A stretch of DNA of 64,000 nucleotides from an uncultured virus (IMG/VR IMGVR_UViG_3300004097_000004) (lineage: Duplodnaviria > Heunggongvirae > Uroviricota > Caudoviricetes > Schitoviridae). The translations under genes were made by a program, and so were the position numbers. Below the pieces are notes generated by a model that was not told where the DNA came from, made no database searches, and worked only from the letters and a program-made list of their open reading frames with translations. Within the stretch, counting starts at the first letter, position 1; every line of letters begins with the position of its first letter. The stretch lies in IMG/VR virus record IMGVR_UViG_3300004097_000004, one strand, 5' to 3'. Positions 19,388 through 29,100 of the stretch are shown here, piece after piece.

Positions 19388-19702
19388 ATGAAACAGATAA
19401 TTCATTTTGGTGTGTACGATGAGTACACAGAGCTTGAGTACGGTCAGTACACAGCATTAGCCAGTAATAGCTTTGAAGTCATTCAAGAAGACTTACAGGC
19501 TCATCTAGGCGCTCAGATTGTACGTATCAAAGAGAACTTACAGTTTGATTGGGCACAACCTGAGTTAGATCACACCCAAGGTATCCTAACCACTGTGAAC
19601 AATGCCAAGACTGTTGAAGACTTTGAAAACAACGGCAATATTCATTACGTGGTTATTGATCTAGTAGGTGACTTTGATGGAAATACAACTAACTTGGATT
19701 AA
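19388..19702 (+). CDS. Hypothetical protein
   Basis: GAGG RBS. Confidence 0.65.
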   Translation: MKQIIHFGVYDEYTELEYGQYTALASNSFEVIQEDLQAHLGAQIVRIKENLQFDWAQPELDHTQGILTTVNNAKTVEDFENNGNIHYVVIDLVGDFDGNTTNLD

Positions 19703-19982
19703 ACAATTTGGTGCCATGGATTTTCTCTATGACACCTTGTGGTCTTACCCTGTCTATGAAAATGAGCATACCTTAGATATCATTAAAGCCATGTTTATCA
19801 AAGAAACTGATGAACTCATTGAGAGTTACAGACAGGACACCATGGATTACAGATCACGTATACAAGATGCTGAAGCACTATTACTTGCTGTACAGCAATG
19901 TGAAACCCTTGATGATTTTCAACGTCTTGAATATACAATATTTGAAAGTACAGAACTTTTAGGGAGTCCCAATGTCCAATGA
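19677..19982 (+). CDS. Hypothetical protein
   Basis: AGGTG RBS; similar size and N-terminal FG motif to 19388..19702. Confidence 0.6.
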   Translation: MEIQLTWIKQFGAMDFLYDTLWSYPVYENEHTLDIIKAMFIKETDELIESYRQDTMDYRSRIQDAEALLLAVQQCETLDDFQRLEYTIFESTELLGSPNVQ

Positions 19983-20676
19983 ATTTGTACTAATTAAGGG
20001 TTATGGTGGCGCTTATGCCATCAATAACCAAGGTGATATAGTCAGCTATAAGCGTGCAGGTAAAACAGTACCTGTAGCGCACGTAGGTAAGCCGGGACAC
20101 GCCAAGAGAGTTAATCTTAGCCCTGATAAGACACAGCAAGATAGTTGCCGTGTGGACAGACTGGTGGCCTTACACTTCGTAGGTAACCCTAACAATTACC
20201 GTTATCTACATAACCTATCAGGTGACCCTGCAGACGTAAGCCATACTAATCTAGAATGGCGTGATTACCCACCACGTAAGTTTATAATGTCTCGTGAAGA
20301 TAGGGCCAAATTAGCTGCAGCATTCTTTGCCTGTAATTTAAGTATTGAAGAATTTGCTAAAGGCTATACTATATCAAGCAGAACAGTTAGATCCTACATA
20401 CTTGAATGGTCTGAAGATAATGATTACAAAGAAGAATATGATGAACGTATGGAGCAGAATGTACGGGATAATATATCCAAGTACCGGCTTAACCGCTCCA
20501 CGCCTGTTTCTCAATATACTGCTAAGGGTGTTCTTGTGCGTGAGTATCGTTCTCTTACTGAAGCATCCAGTCTGACGGATATTCCAGTACAACGTATTTA
20601 CTACTCTGTACACAACCCAAATAAACAAGCAGGTGGCTTTATATGGAAATTGACATTACCGAAGACAACCCCATAG
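19972..20676 (+). CDS. Free-standing NUMOD4/HNH-like endonuclease, active site apparently degenerate
   Basis: IKGYGGAYAINNQG, VDRLVALHFVGNP, NLEW, C-terminal AGGFIW. Confidence 0.75.
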   Translation: MSNEFVLIKGYGGAYAINNQGDIVSYKRAGKTVPVAHVGKPGHAKRVNLSPDKTQQDSCRVDRLVALHFVGNPNNYRYLHNLSGDPADVSHTNLEWRDYPPRKFIMSREDRAKLAAAFFACNLSIEEFAKGYTISSRTVRSYILEWSEDNDYKEEYDERMEQNVRDNISKYRLNRSTPVSQYTAKGVLVREYRSLTEASSLTDIPVQRIYYSVHNPNKQAGGFIWKLTLPKTTP

Positions 20677-21386
20677 CAACACAGATATCTACGCAGACAT
20701 ACAATGTCATGCAGATTAATATGGTTTCTGTGCTTTATAAAGAACTGAGACAGGCAAGTAAAGCACCTACATTTGCACTGTCCTATGCAGGCACTATTTA
20801 CACACTCATGAAGAACTGTGGTTTTACTAAGGAAGAAGCTCAAGCAGTATTTGACAACTTCCATCACCTTTACTTTGAGTCAGCTCAGTGGATTAGAGAC
20901 AGACTTGATGAATGCTGTAGAGATGGTTATGCAACAGTAGCTTTTGGATTACGTGTACGTACCCCAGTACTAGCACGCTCTATCCTAAACACTAGTATCA
21001 CAGCCAGTATCAGCTCCGCAGAAGCTCGCTCAGTAGGTAATGCTATCTCAGGTCAGAGTTATGGCCTGTTAAACAATAGAGCAGCAATAGCCTTTATGGA
21101 TAAGGTATGGAAGTCAGAGTTTAAGTATGACATCTTTGCCATATCACTTATTCATGATGCTATCTATCTTATGGTTAAAGATGACATAGCAGTAGTAAAG
21201 TTTGTTAATGACAATCTGATCGCTGAGATGGAATGGCAAGACCTACCAGAGATTGCTCACCCTGATGTTAAGCTAGGTGCAGAGCTTGATTTATTCCACC
21301 CATCATGGGCTAGTGCAATAACTATACCTAATGGTTTAAGTAAAGATGATTTGAAAAAACATATCATTAATTCCCTAACTACGTAA
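20643..21386 (+). CDS. Family A DNA polymerase, C-terminal chain (motifs B and C)
   Basis: RQASKAPTFALSYAG (motif B), AFGLRVRTP, GNAISGQS, IHDA (motif C). Confidence 0.92.
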   Translation: MEIDITEDNPIATQISTQTYNVMQINMVSVLYKELRQASKAPTFALSYAGTIYTLMKNCGFTKEEAQAVFDNFHHLYFESAQWIRDRLDECCRDGYATVAFGLRVRTPVLARSILNTSITASISSAEARSVGNAISGQSYGLLNNRAAIAFMDKVWKSEFKYDIFAISLIHDAIYLMVKDDIAVVKFVNDNLIAEMEWQDLPEIAHPDVKLGAELDLFHPSWASAITIPNGLSKDDLKKHIINSLTT

Positions 21387-21455
21387 CTAAACCAATCATA
21401 GTAACTAAATGTAAGGTAGACTTCTGCTTTACATTCAATACTATGAGGTTTACTT

Positions 21456-21686
21456 ATGTGGCATAGAGATCCGGCTAAATATGATGAGTTCCCAGGACAA
21501 GACAATGTGATTGTTGGTAATGGAGAACTTGTTATGGTTCGTACTGAAAGAGGGATAGGTTGGATTACTTTATGCCATCACGTTATCTATCAACGAAAAG
21601 ATGCAGTAGCATATGCAACTAAGTTAGATAGTTTAATCAATTTTAATAGGCAGAGAGTTGCCGCACAAAAGGTAAAATATTCATGA
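21456..21686 (+). CDS. Hypothetical protein
   Basis: GAGG RBS. Confidence 0.65.
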   Translation: MWHRDPAKYDEFPGQDNVIVGNGELVMVRTERGIGWITLCHHVIYQRKDAVAYATKLDSLINFNRQRVAAQKVKYS

Positions 21687-22315
21687 TTGACCCAGTATTA
21701 TGTATTAGCCGTAAAGCCATATTGAAAGATATCGGTATCGTAAATCAACCTCAAGGTAACTACGCTTACTCATTTGATATCTCTAATGTCCCTGATAAAG
21801 ATTTTCACTTTCTTGATCGCTCATTAGCTGATAGCCAAAACCCCGAAGACCACGCAGTAGCCCAACACATCCCTCAAGTATTGCCCTATGTATTAGTCAC
21901 TTGTGGTGATGAAGTATTAACCTATTCGCGCGCCAAAGGTGCTGAAAGCCGTCTACATGGTAAGTTATCATGTGGTTTTGGTGGTCATGTAGAGCTATCA
22001 GATATCAACGTTAATATGTTGAATGTAGTAGCTGCCACAATGCGTGAGTTGAACGAAGAGCTGCGTATTGATGATACTAAGCCAATGAAGTTAGATGAGA
22101 CTAAGATCGTCTTGTTGGACACTACAGACAACGTAGGTCAAGTTCACATGGGTTATGTCTATACTCTTGAGTTATCAAGTAAAGATATGATTGACCCAGA
22201 CTTATCTGAAATCCATTTACCTGAATGGAAAACATACGACCAACTTGCTGAAGAAATTAAGCAATATGAAAATTGGTCACAAACACTCATTGGTTTAAAG
22301 TTGGAGGCACAATAA
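21683..22315 (+). CDS. NUDIX-family phosphoesterase
   Basis: QVLPY, ESRLHGKLSCGFGGHV, RELNEEL Nudix box. Confidence 0.8.
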   Translation: MIDPVLCISRKAILKDIGIVNQPQGNYAYSFDISNVPDKDFHFLDRSLADSQNPEDHAVAQHIPQVLPYVLVTCGDEVLTYSRAKGAESRLHGKLSCGFGGHVELSDINVNMLNVVAATMRELNEELRIDDTKPMKLDETKIVLLDTTDNVGQVHMGYVYTLELSSKDMIDPDLSEIHLPEWKTYDQLAEEIKQYENWSQTLIGLKLEAQ

Positions 22316-22797
22316 TGCAAAAGGCTTTAGAGCATAATAGTGATGAAGATAACGAGTATCTACAAAACAACTTGTTACCTCTACTAGAATACATGTGTAC
22401 CCTAAAATCAGACACAGGTGTTTATGGCTTCTTCAAAGAAGATGGTGACAGATTCCACAGTGCTCAAGTAAAAGTAACCATTGTTAATAAACCAAACCAA
22501 GCTAGAGATATGTCAGTTATGGGTGATGGTATTATTGACCTTGGTGAAGCAATGCGTTGGGTCAAGAACGGTGGTAAGATTGCTCGTAAAGGTTGGAATA
22601 GTGATAAGCAATATGTTTACTATGTACCTGCTGCAAGCTACCCCGCACATCGTAATGTAAATGGTACTATGATGGAAGACCCTGATACTATGGTTCCTTA
22701 CAATGCGTACCTAGCAATTATGACACCTAACGGCACGGTATCTACATGGGCACCAAGTGGCTCAGATGCTTTAGCCACTGACTACATCTTACTTTAG
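22315..22797 (+). CDS. DUF2829 / Tad2-like protein with N-terminal extension
   Basis: LGEAM..VKNGGKIARKGWN...WAPSGSDALATDY. Confidence 0.8.
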   Translation: MQKALEHNSDEDNEYLQNNLLPLLEYMCTLKSDTGVYGFFKEDGDRFHSAQVKVTIVNKPNQARDMSVMGDGIIDLGEAMRWVKNGGKIARKGWNSDKQYVYYVPAASYPAHRNVNGTMMEDPDTMVPYNAYLAIMTPNGTVSTWAPSGSDALATDYILL

Positions 22798-22819
22798 TAC
22801 TTGAAGTATTAACCAAACA

Positions 22820-22843
22820 GCCCTAGAACTTTCTAGGGTTTTT
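22820..22843 (+). terminator. Rho-independent terminator
   Basis: CCCTAGAA/TTCTAGGG stem followed by a T-run. Confidence 0.75.
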
Positions 22844-22864
22844 ATTTATTTAAAGGAAAGTATT

Positions 22865-23473
22865 ATGACTACTGTACGTTTAAACAAGACTGACAAAGAC
22901 GCTATAGCTATGGAAGCCCGTAGACAATCACCTATGCACGAAGAACTTACTGAACTGTTAGAAGCTCGCTATGCTATTGCTGAAAGAGTACGTGTACACT
23001 CTATTGGTGGTAAAGAAAAAGCTGCTGAGTATGATAAGGTGCTCAAGGCTATGCAAAAACTGCGTGATACCCTACCTGACAATCTTATTGGATATGGTTT
23101 AGGTATTAAGTTATCAGGTAGTTGCTATGTCAAAATAGAGCATAAAGAAAGACGTATACTACTAAGAGATAACAAACCTGAAGCTGGCGGGTATATTGAT
23201 TTTGACCCGGAGCACCCTATAGCTAAAGACCTCTTAGAAAGCTTAGACAAAGAAAAAAAGCTAAAGAAACAGTTAGATGAGATACAGGCCCAAGTTTACG
23301 CCAGTATCTCAAGTATTACCTCACTCAATAAGCTCTTAAAAGTATGGCCTGAGTCTATTGAAATAATCCCTGATTATCTAAAAGAAGCAAAGGTACATTT
23401 ACCTGCGCTGCAAACCAACCAATTGAATAAGTTAATTGGTTTACCCACTAATAAAACTGGAGCAAAGAAATGA
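22865..23473 (+). CDS. Nmad5-like (nucleotide modification-associated domain 5) protein
   Basis: N-terminal RLNK...I; C-terminal TSLNKLLKVWPE...LPA...LNKLIGLP. Confidence 0.7.
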   Translation: MTTVRLNKTDKDAIAMEARRQSPMHEELTELLEARYAIAERVRVHSIGGKEKAAEYDKVLKAMQKLRDTLPDNLIGYGLGIKLSGSCYVKIEHKERRILLRDNKPEAGGYIDFDPEHPIAKDLLESLDKEKKLKKQLDEIQAQVYASISSITSLNKLLKVWPESIEIIPDYLKEAKVHLPALQTNQLNKLIGLPTNKTGAKK

Positions 23474-23820
23474 AAACACGTACTCAAGTAGTAGATGAAT
23501 TGGCAGTAAATTTTGAAGAGCTGCGTGCTATGCAAGATGAAAGCCATTCTGTAGTTATCTTGTTAGGTAACGAGAAAGAGGCACGTATCTTATCATCAGC
23601 ACCTAATGTAGGGGTTTCTATCTATTTACAAGTATCAGCACTTGCAGATCAGCTATCTAAAGTTGAAGGCGATCCTGAAGCCGTTAGCAAGCTAAAGAGT
23701 GATACTGTCACAACTTTAGTAGGTATGCTTGGTATTGATCTGACTGATGAAGTTGTGGCTACGATGCGTACAGAAATTGAAGAAACTAAAAAAGCTGTAC
23801 AGGCTCAAGCTGCCCAATAA
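23470..23820 (+). CDS. Hypothetical protein
   Basis: Coupled ORF. Confidence 0.7.
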   Translation: MKTRTQVVDELAVNFEELRAMQDESHSVVILLGNEKEARILSSAPNVGVSIYLQVSALADQLSKVEGDPEAVSKLKSDTVTTLVGMLGIDLTDEVVATMRTEIEETKKAVQAQAAQ

Positions 23821-23838
23821 TAATTTTCTTTAGGCAAT

Positions 23839-23868
23839 AAAAAACCCCTCATCATCTGAGGGGTTTTT
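23839..23868. terminator. Bidirectional terminator
   Basis: AAAAAACCCCTCA-TCATC-TGAGGGGTTTTT between convergent genes. Confidence 0.85.
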
Positions 23869-23874
23869 CTTTTA

Positions 23875-24417
23875 TTAATTACCTTCGTAGTGTAAAGCAA
23901 TCTGTTTTGCTACCTCCTTACCTACAAGCCATTTACGAGCATCCCACATCTCCAACTCTTTTGGATTAGTGATGAAGAATAACTCTAGTATGATACCACC
24001 TGCACGTACAAAAGCTAAACGGCTGTGCTGACCAGAGCCTTCACTCTTCCAACCACCCTCAGAGCCACGTACAGTGGTGTTGAGCACATCAGATACAGCT
24101 TTGCATAGTGATTGACAAATAGCCTTGTCATCAGTGCCTGCAAGAGCTTCTACACCCTTAGCTGACTCACTTGTAAATGCATTACAATGAAACTCAATAG
24201 CTAGATCATCAGTACCATGACCCACACGCTTAACTGCTTGGCTTAATGACTCATTGTCTAAGCCTGCACCATCAGTGACAATACTAAAGTTTGTATCTCT
24301 ACGAAGATAGAGAGCGACAATGTTACGCATGTCACGGGCGATATCAGCTTCTTTACGTTTATCTTTATTCACAGCACCGGGATCGGTATTACTGTGCCCT
24401 GCACTTAACAATATCAT
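23875..24417 (-). CDS. Endolysin, N-acetylmuramoyl-L-alanine amidase (Amidase_3)
   Basis: LSAGH..TDPGA...E, EFHCNA, ILELFFITN. Confidence 0.9.
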   Translation of the reverse strand: MILLSAGHSNTDPGAVNKDKRKEADIARDMRNIVALYLRRDTNFSIVTDGAGLDNESLSQAVKRVGHGTDDLAIEFHCNAFTSESAKGVEALAGTDDKAICQSLCKAVSDVLNTTVRGSEGGWKSEGSGQHSRLAFVRAGGIILELFFITNPKELEMWDARKWLVGKEVAKQIALHYEGN

Positions 24418-24605
24418 TTAGTGATACTCCGTTGTTTGATGACCCAACCTAATACGCCTGTAATACCCACTACAACAGGCAGTGCTGCGTCAGGGATTAC
24501 ACCTGCAGCTGCTGTGTCCTTTAGTACAGTGTAGCCAGCACTGGCAAGTATGGGTAACCATACCGCCAATGATTTGTACACCTGTGTCCAATTTTTAACA
24601 ATCAT
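24414..24605 (-). CDS. Small 2-TM holin-like protein
   Basis: Two hydrophobic segments and a basic C-terminus; adjacent to the endolysin. Confidence 0.6.
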   Translation of the reverse strand: MIVKNWTQVYKSLAVWLPILASAGYTVLKDTAAAGVIPDAALPVVVGITGVLGWVIKQRSITK

Positions 24606-24633
24606 GCTTATATTCCTTTTAATTTAGGTAGGA

Positions 24634-24972
24634 TTATCCTACTTTATCTAATCCTGCTTTACCTACTTTATCTACTAATTTCTTAGCTAATGGTGGGCTT
24701 GCAGTTTTAACAGCTTCCATTAGAAAGCCTGCGAACAATCCGGCAAATACACAAATGAAGCAGATAGCAAATAATGAAGTTAAGCCATATTTAGTGCTGA
24801 GCACATCGGCTACTGCGGATCCTGCTATGCATGCTACTGTTATTAATATCACGGATATCTTTGTACCATATTCCTCTTTGTCTATACCGAATAGGCCACC
24901 GATACAACCACCAACCATACCAAATACAACTTGAGGAGTAAGGGCTAACACTACTTCAGCTATGAAGCTCAT
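24634..24972 (-). CDS. Holin-like membrane protein (about 3 TM)
   Basis: Gly-rich hydrophobic helices and a basic tail; lysis cassette. Confidence 0.6.
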   Translation of the reverse strand: MSFIAEVVLALTPQVVFGMVGGCIGGLFGIDKEEYGTKISVILITVACIAGSAVADVLSTKYGLTSLFAICFICVFAGLFAGFLMEAVKTASPPLAKKLVDKVGKAGLDKVG

Positions 24973-24974
24973 AG

Positions 24975-25496
24975 TTACTCCTTGTTTAACACCTTTTCTC
25001 TTTTCTTACCTGCGGATATTCTTTCATAACCCGCTAGGGCTATACCGGCAGCCCAAGTTAGATAAATAACAGGCGCTGTTGTTAAAGTACCATGTCTTGA
25101 ACTTATAAAAGTCCCTGCCATAAACGCCCAAATAGCTGCAGATAGTACAAGACATAAACCACTTACTTTACTGGCACGTATAGATGGTACAAACATAGAT
25201 ACTAACTGAGTTAAACCAAGTATTAAGAAGAGCACCCATTGCCATAACTCAATACTTACGAAGTCTGTGTAACTAGCTAACTCAAATATACTGCCTTGTT
25301 TTACTAGTATGTTATAAATGAATATACTACTGAAACCAATAATAAATATGGCATTAAGCAGCTCTGCGAAGGTTGTACCTATAAATAACCAACGTCTGAA
25401 TAGCGTAATATGATGAGCTGTTTTCTTTATATGGCTCGCTTCACAGAGCCATTTCTTAAATCGTATTAGATTAAACAAAGACTTTTTTATGTCCAT
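24975..25496 (-). CDS. Multi-TM membrane protein of the lysis cassette
   Basis: About 4 hydrophobic segments; co-oriented with the holin and endolysin. Confidence 0.6.
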   Translation of the reverse strand: MDIKKSLFNLIRFKKWLCEASHIKKTAHHITLFRRWLFIGTTFAELLNAIFIIGFSSIFIYNILVKQGSIFELASYTDFVSIELWQWVLFLILGLTQLVSMFVPSIRASKVSGLCLVLSAAIWAFMAGTFISSRHGTLTTAPVIYLTWAAGIALAGYERISAGKKREKVLNKE

Positions 25497-25625
25497 GAGA
25501 TAGCCTTATAGTTAGAAAATAATAATCATAGTAACTACTTAGTAGAAATAGAGCATAATTTAATTGGCTTCAGAGTTATGTTTGCTTTAGACTCATAAGT
25601 CTTATTTAATTATTTAGGAATTATT

Positions 25626-25910
25626 ATGACTACCCACGGTATTAATCTCGTTGTTACACACCCACAATGGGGTGCTCCTATGTCTTTCCACAGTCTTGTA
25701 CGTGCTGAGTTTGATAAAATCAACGATGAGACTTATGCAGTATTTAACAGCTACTACAACAAGTCAGTCTTTGATGCACAAGGTACAGCAATGTCAGTAA
25801 CTACTGTACGTGTTGCAGGTAGTACTTTGTATGATGAAGAAGATTTACTACTTGCTGTCACTGAACAAGAAGATATTACATTCAGTGGTGGTGAGGTTAT
25901 CCCTGTTTAA
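25626..25910 (+). CDS. Hypothetical protein
   Basis: AGGA RBS; has its own terminator. Confidence 0.7.
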   Translation: MTTHGINLVVTHPQWGAPMSFHSLVRAEFDKINDETYAVFNSYYNKSVFDAQGTAMSVTTVRVAGSTLYDEEDLLLAVTEQEDITFSGGEVIPV

Positions 25911-25927
25911 TATTAGTTACTGCCTTT

Positions 25928-25959
25928 AAATAAAGCCCCAATTAAGGGGCTTTATTTTT
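25928..25959. terminator. Bidirectional terminator
   Basis: AAATAAAGCCCC-AATTAA-GGGGCTTTATTT. Confidence 0.85.
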
Positions 25960-25960
25960 G

Positions 25961-26137
25961 CTAGTTTTCAGATACCCATTGCGTATCTGACCAGTACCAC
26001 GATTGCTCATAATCAGGTGGTGCCGTTAATGTGAAATCTAATCCATCATCTATATTCAACATAGCCATATCAGGTGGTGACACAAACTTGTGACTGTATT
26101 TACCATCTAATAATCTGTATACAAATATCGTTATCAT
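25961..26137 (-). CDS. Small tail-fibre-associated (Tfa-like) protein, 58 aa
   Basis: Hand translation MITIFVYRLLDG...FTLTAPPDYEQSWYWSDTQWVSEN; ATGA-coupled to the tail gene. Confidence 0.65.
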   Translation of the reverse strand: MITIFVYRLLDGKYSHKFVSPPDMAMLNIDDGLDFTLTAPPDYEQSWYWSDTQWVSEN

Positions 26138-29100
26138 TTCTTAGCTCCGCTTACCATTAGTGATCTTGCTTTCATTTTTAATGTGATCTCATCTTCGTTA
26201 GTATTTTCAGTTTGTGCTGTAACGGCGTAACGCCTAGAACCTGTTGGTGGCGAATCAAGCATGGTTGCGAAGGTCACAAACTCTCTGATTATTTTATTTT
26301 CATATAATGTTGAGCCAGTGCGCCTTGCCGCCGTGAACTTAATAGTTCGCAGCACAGTGCTGTCACGCTTTAACCGCAGAATTAATGTAGCGCCAGTTCT
26401 GTCACCGTAATCTGATACCGTTAAAGTCTCAAAACCAAAACTTACAGCCACGCTACCCCCTGCAGGATTTATGGTTACTACTGCGACCTCACTCTCAGTT
26501 GCTGCAATGTTAAACGTATCTTCTTGCTCTGAGTAGAAAAGACCTGCCACAGTCACAGCGTTACCTGCTATTTGCAAGGTATCAACTGCTAAAGCTGCAA
26601 TCTTACCATTAGTTACTGCCAAGTTTGCTATCTTAGAGTTATCTACTGCCAGACTAGCTATTTTAGCACTGGTAACAGCTAAACTGGCTATCTTAGCGTT
26701 AGTGATATCACCATCTTTAATTATAGTATTATCAAGGTAAGTAGTACCGTTCACTACTTTAAAAGGTGCAGTAAGATTAGTACCACTCACAACTTTGAAT
26801 ACATTGGCTTGCACAACAAACTGTGAGCTTACACCATCGTTGTATTGTGTGATACCTGATATATACCCATTGATATCTAATTTCACTGACCACTGAGCAC
26901 TTAAACCATTAACAGTAGCAACAGCTTTCTTAGTCTCTTCAATGTTTGCTGATAGTGAGTCCTGCCATGCAGGTATAACCACACCCTCAGTGAACATAGG
27001 AGCAGCTATATTCACTACAACAGAACCAAATGATCTACCTATAACTAACCTCTTAATACCCTCACTTGGCGTATGAGTCCACTTAATCCAATACTTCTGC
27101 CATTCAGTGGTTAAAGTTACATCAATTTCTCCGTTGATTTTATTAGAGGTCTGACCTGTACTACTGACAGCTGAGGTGGTGCTATTAGGTGCATAAAAAT
27201 AGCACCTTACATCATTAGTTGATTTATTTGCTTTTGCGTAGAATGATAGTACGTAATTACCTGCAAGTAGATCAGACAGTTCAACAACCATAGCATTCTC
27301 ATAATTAAGGTTATTACGTGAACCGTTGACTGCAAGAACGCTAAAACCACCATAATACAAGTCAGTCCGGTACGGCTCACCCTCCATGTCTTTAGAGTTT
27401 GGTATTAGATTAGTGCCTGTACCTTGTAACTTGGCTGTCTCTGCCTTGAGAGTGGTTAAACTCTCAGCTACCGATTGGGTATTACCACTAATAGTTTTAT
27501 CAATTCTCGTTATAGCAGAAGCAGCATCTGTAGACTTAGACTCAACATTAACCATTCTGTTAGACATTGCTATGTACTGATCACTTCTAGTCTTACTTTC
27601 CGTTGTGATTAGAGCCTCATTATTAGTAATGTCTAACTCAATATCATCAGCTGCAGGTGACCAATCAGCTACTACACTACCTGATACAAGCATAGGCTTA
27701 GTCATGTAGTTGTTAATAGCTGATGAGGTAAGTCCGTTAAGACGTACCCATAGTAACTTGTTACCTGCCACAGTAGCCTTAGATACCCACTTAACCCATA
27801 CGAAAGTAGGAGTGTTGGTAGCTAACGTGAAAGTGACCATACCATCAACTTGAGTGGTTGAGTACTGACCTTGAGAACCAATAGATACTTCTGTATAACG
27901 ACCTGTCTCGCCTAATGGATTGAAGATAACTTGGAACTGTGATGAAGCACCACCTGTCCATAAATAACAACTAAAAGTGTGCTCTGTTTCCCCAACCTCT
28001 AAAGGTACATTCTGTCTGTACAGTGTTGGGTAGTCCTCATCGTTAGGCAGTCTAGCAAACAAGTAGTTAAACCCTGCTATACCACTACCACCAGTATATT
28101 CAACTAAGGCATCTTGACCCGTAAGTAGTCTACTCTGAAGAAGTAAGTTATTACCACCAAACTTCAACTTACTGAACTTGGCTTCAAGAGAAGAACTACT
28201 CTCTGCCAAGGCTTTATCTAGGTCACTTATAGCTATCTCAGTGTCCTCTACACGTGCCTGAGCATCTTTGGCTACAACATCAATAGCTGAAGTTATTTCA
28301 CCCATAGCTTCAAGCTCTGTAGCTCTCGTAGTGCTTTCATTACGTAGAGAGGCAACATTACTGTTGATATCCAGACCTGATACTTTCCAAGGTGTAGGAT
28401 CACCCTCTTCCACTTTAATCAGTACTGCAGGATCAATGTCTGTAACACCTACGACAACCCCAATACGAATCCATTTAGCATTAGCAGGTATGGATACAGA
28501 TTTGTACACATAGCTAGTGCCATTCATATTTTGCATGTTAACACCACTAGAGATATATGTTTTATCTTCAGCGTAGAATGAAATTCTATTTGTGTTATTA
28601 CTGGTTAATTTATTAGGGTTCCATACCTGTACAGCTAATTTAGTTGATGAACCTGATAGTGGTATATACGTTTGCATGTACTGATGGTTAGGTGTATTTA
28701 CTTTATAGTCACCTGCTAGTTCACTTGCAGCTAGACAATCCCCAAGAGAGAATAAATTATCAGATACGGTAAACGCAGCAGTTAAGTCAATCCCCATCTG
28801 CGCTAAAGCTTCCTCTGCATCACCTTTAACTGTAGTAAGTTCTGATGCAGATGCTTTAGCATCAAGTACCAACCCCATATCGCTTATCTGTTTATCGTAA
28901 TCTGCTTTTAGTTCATTCTTAGCATCCACTAGTGCGCCATCAGCATCAGTTACTATATTATCCACTCTTTCAGAACTGGCTTTACTGTCTACAATAGTAG
29001 TTACTCTGCTAATTTCAGAATCAACTAAATCTACTATGTCTTCAGGGGCGGGTGACCACTCAGTTGCTTTATTACCTTTCTCTATTTTAATAGCAGTAAG

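Noticed and set aside
20655..20720. Possible second group I intron joining polymerase exon 2 to the C-terminal ORF (GACAACCCCATAG resembles the first intron's GACTATCCCATAG)
   Set aside because: No AAGATATAGTC-like element or P9 region follows; the sequence is in-frame coding for the polymerase C-chain, and the gap holds ordinary RBS-bearing genes.
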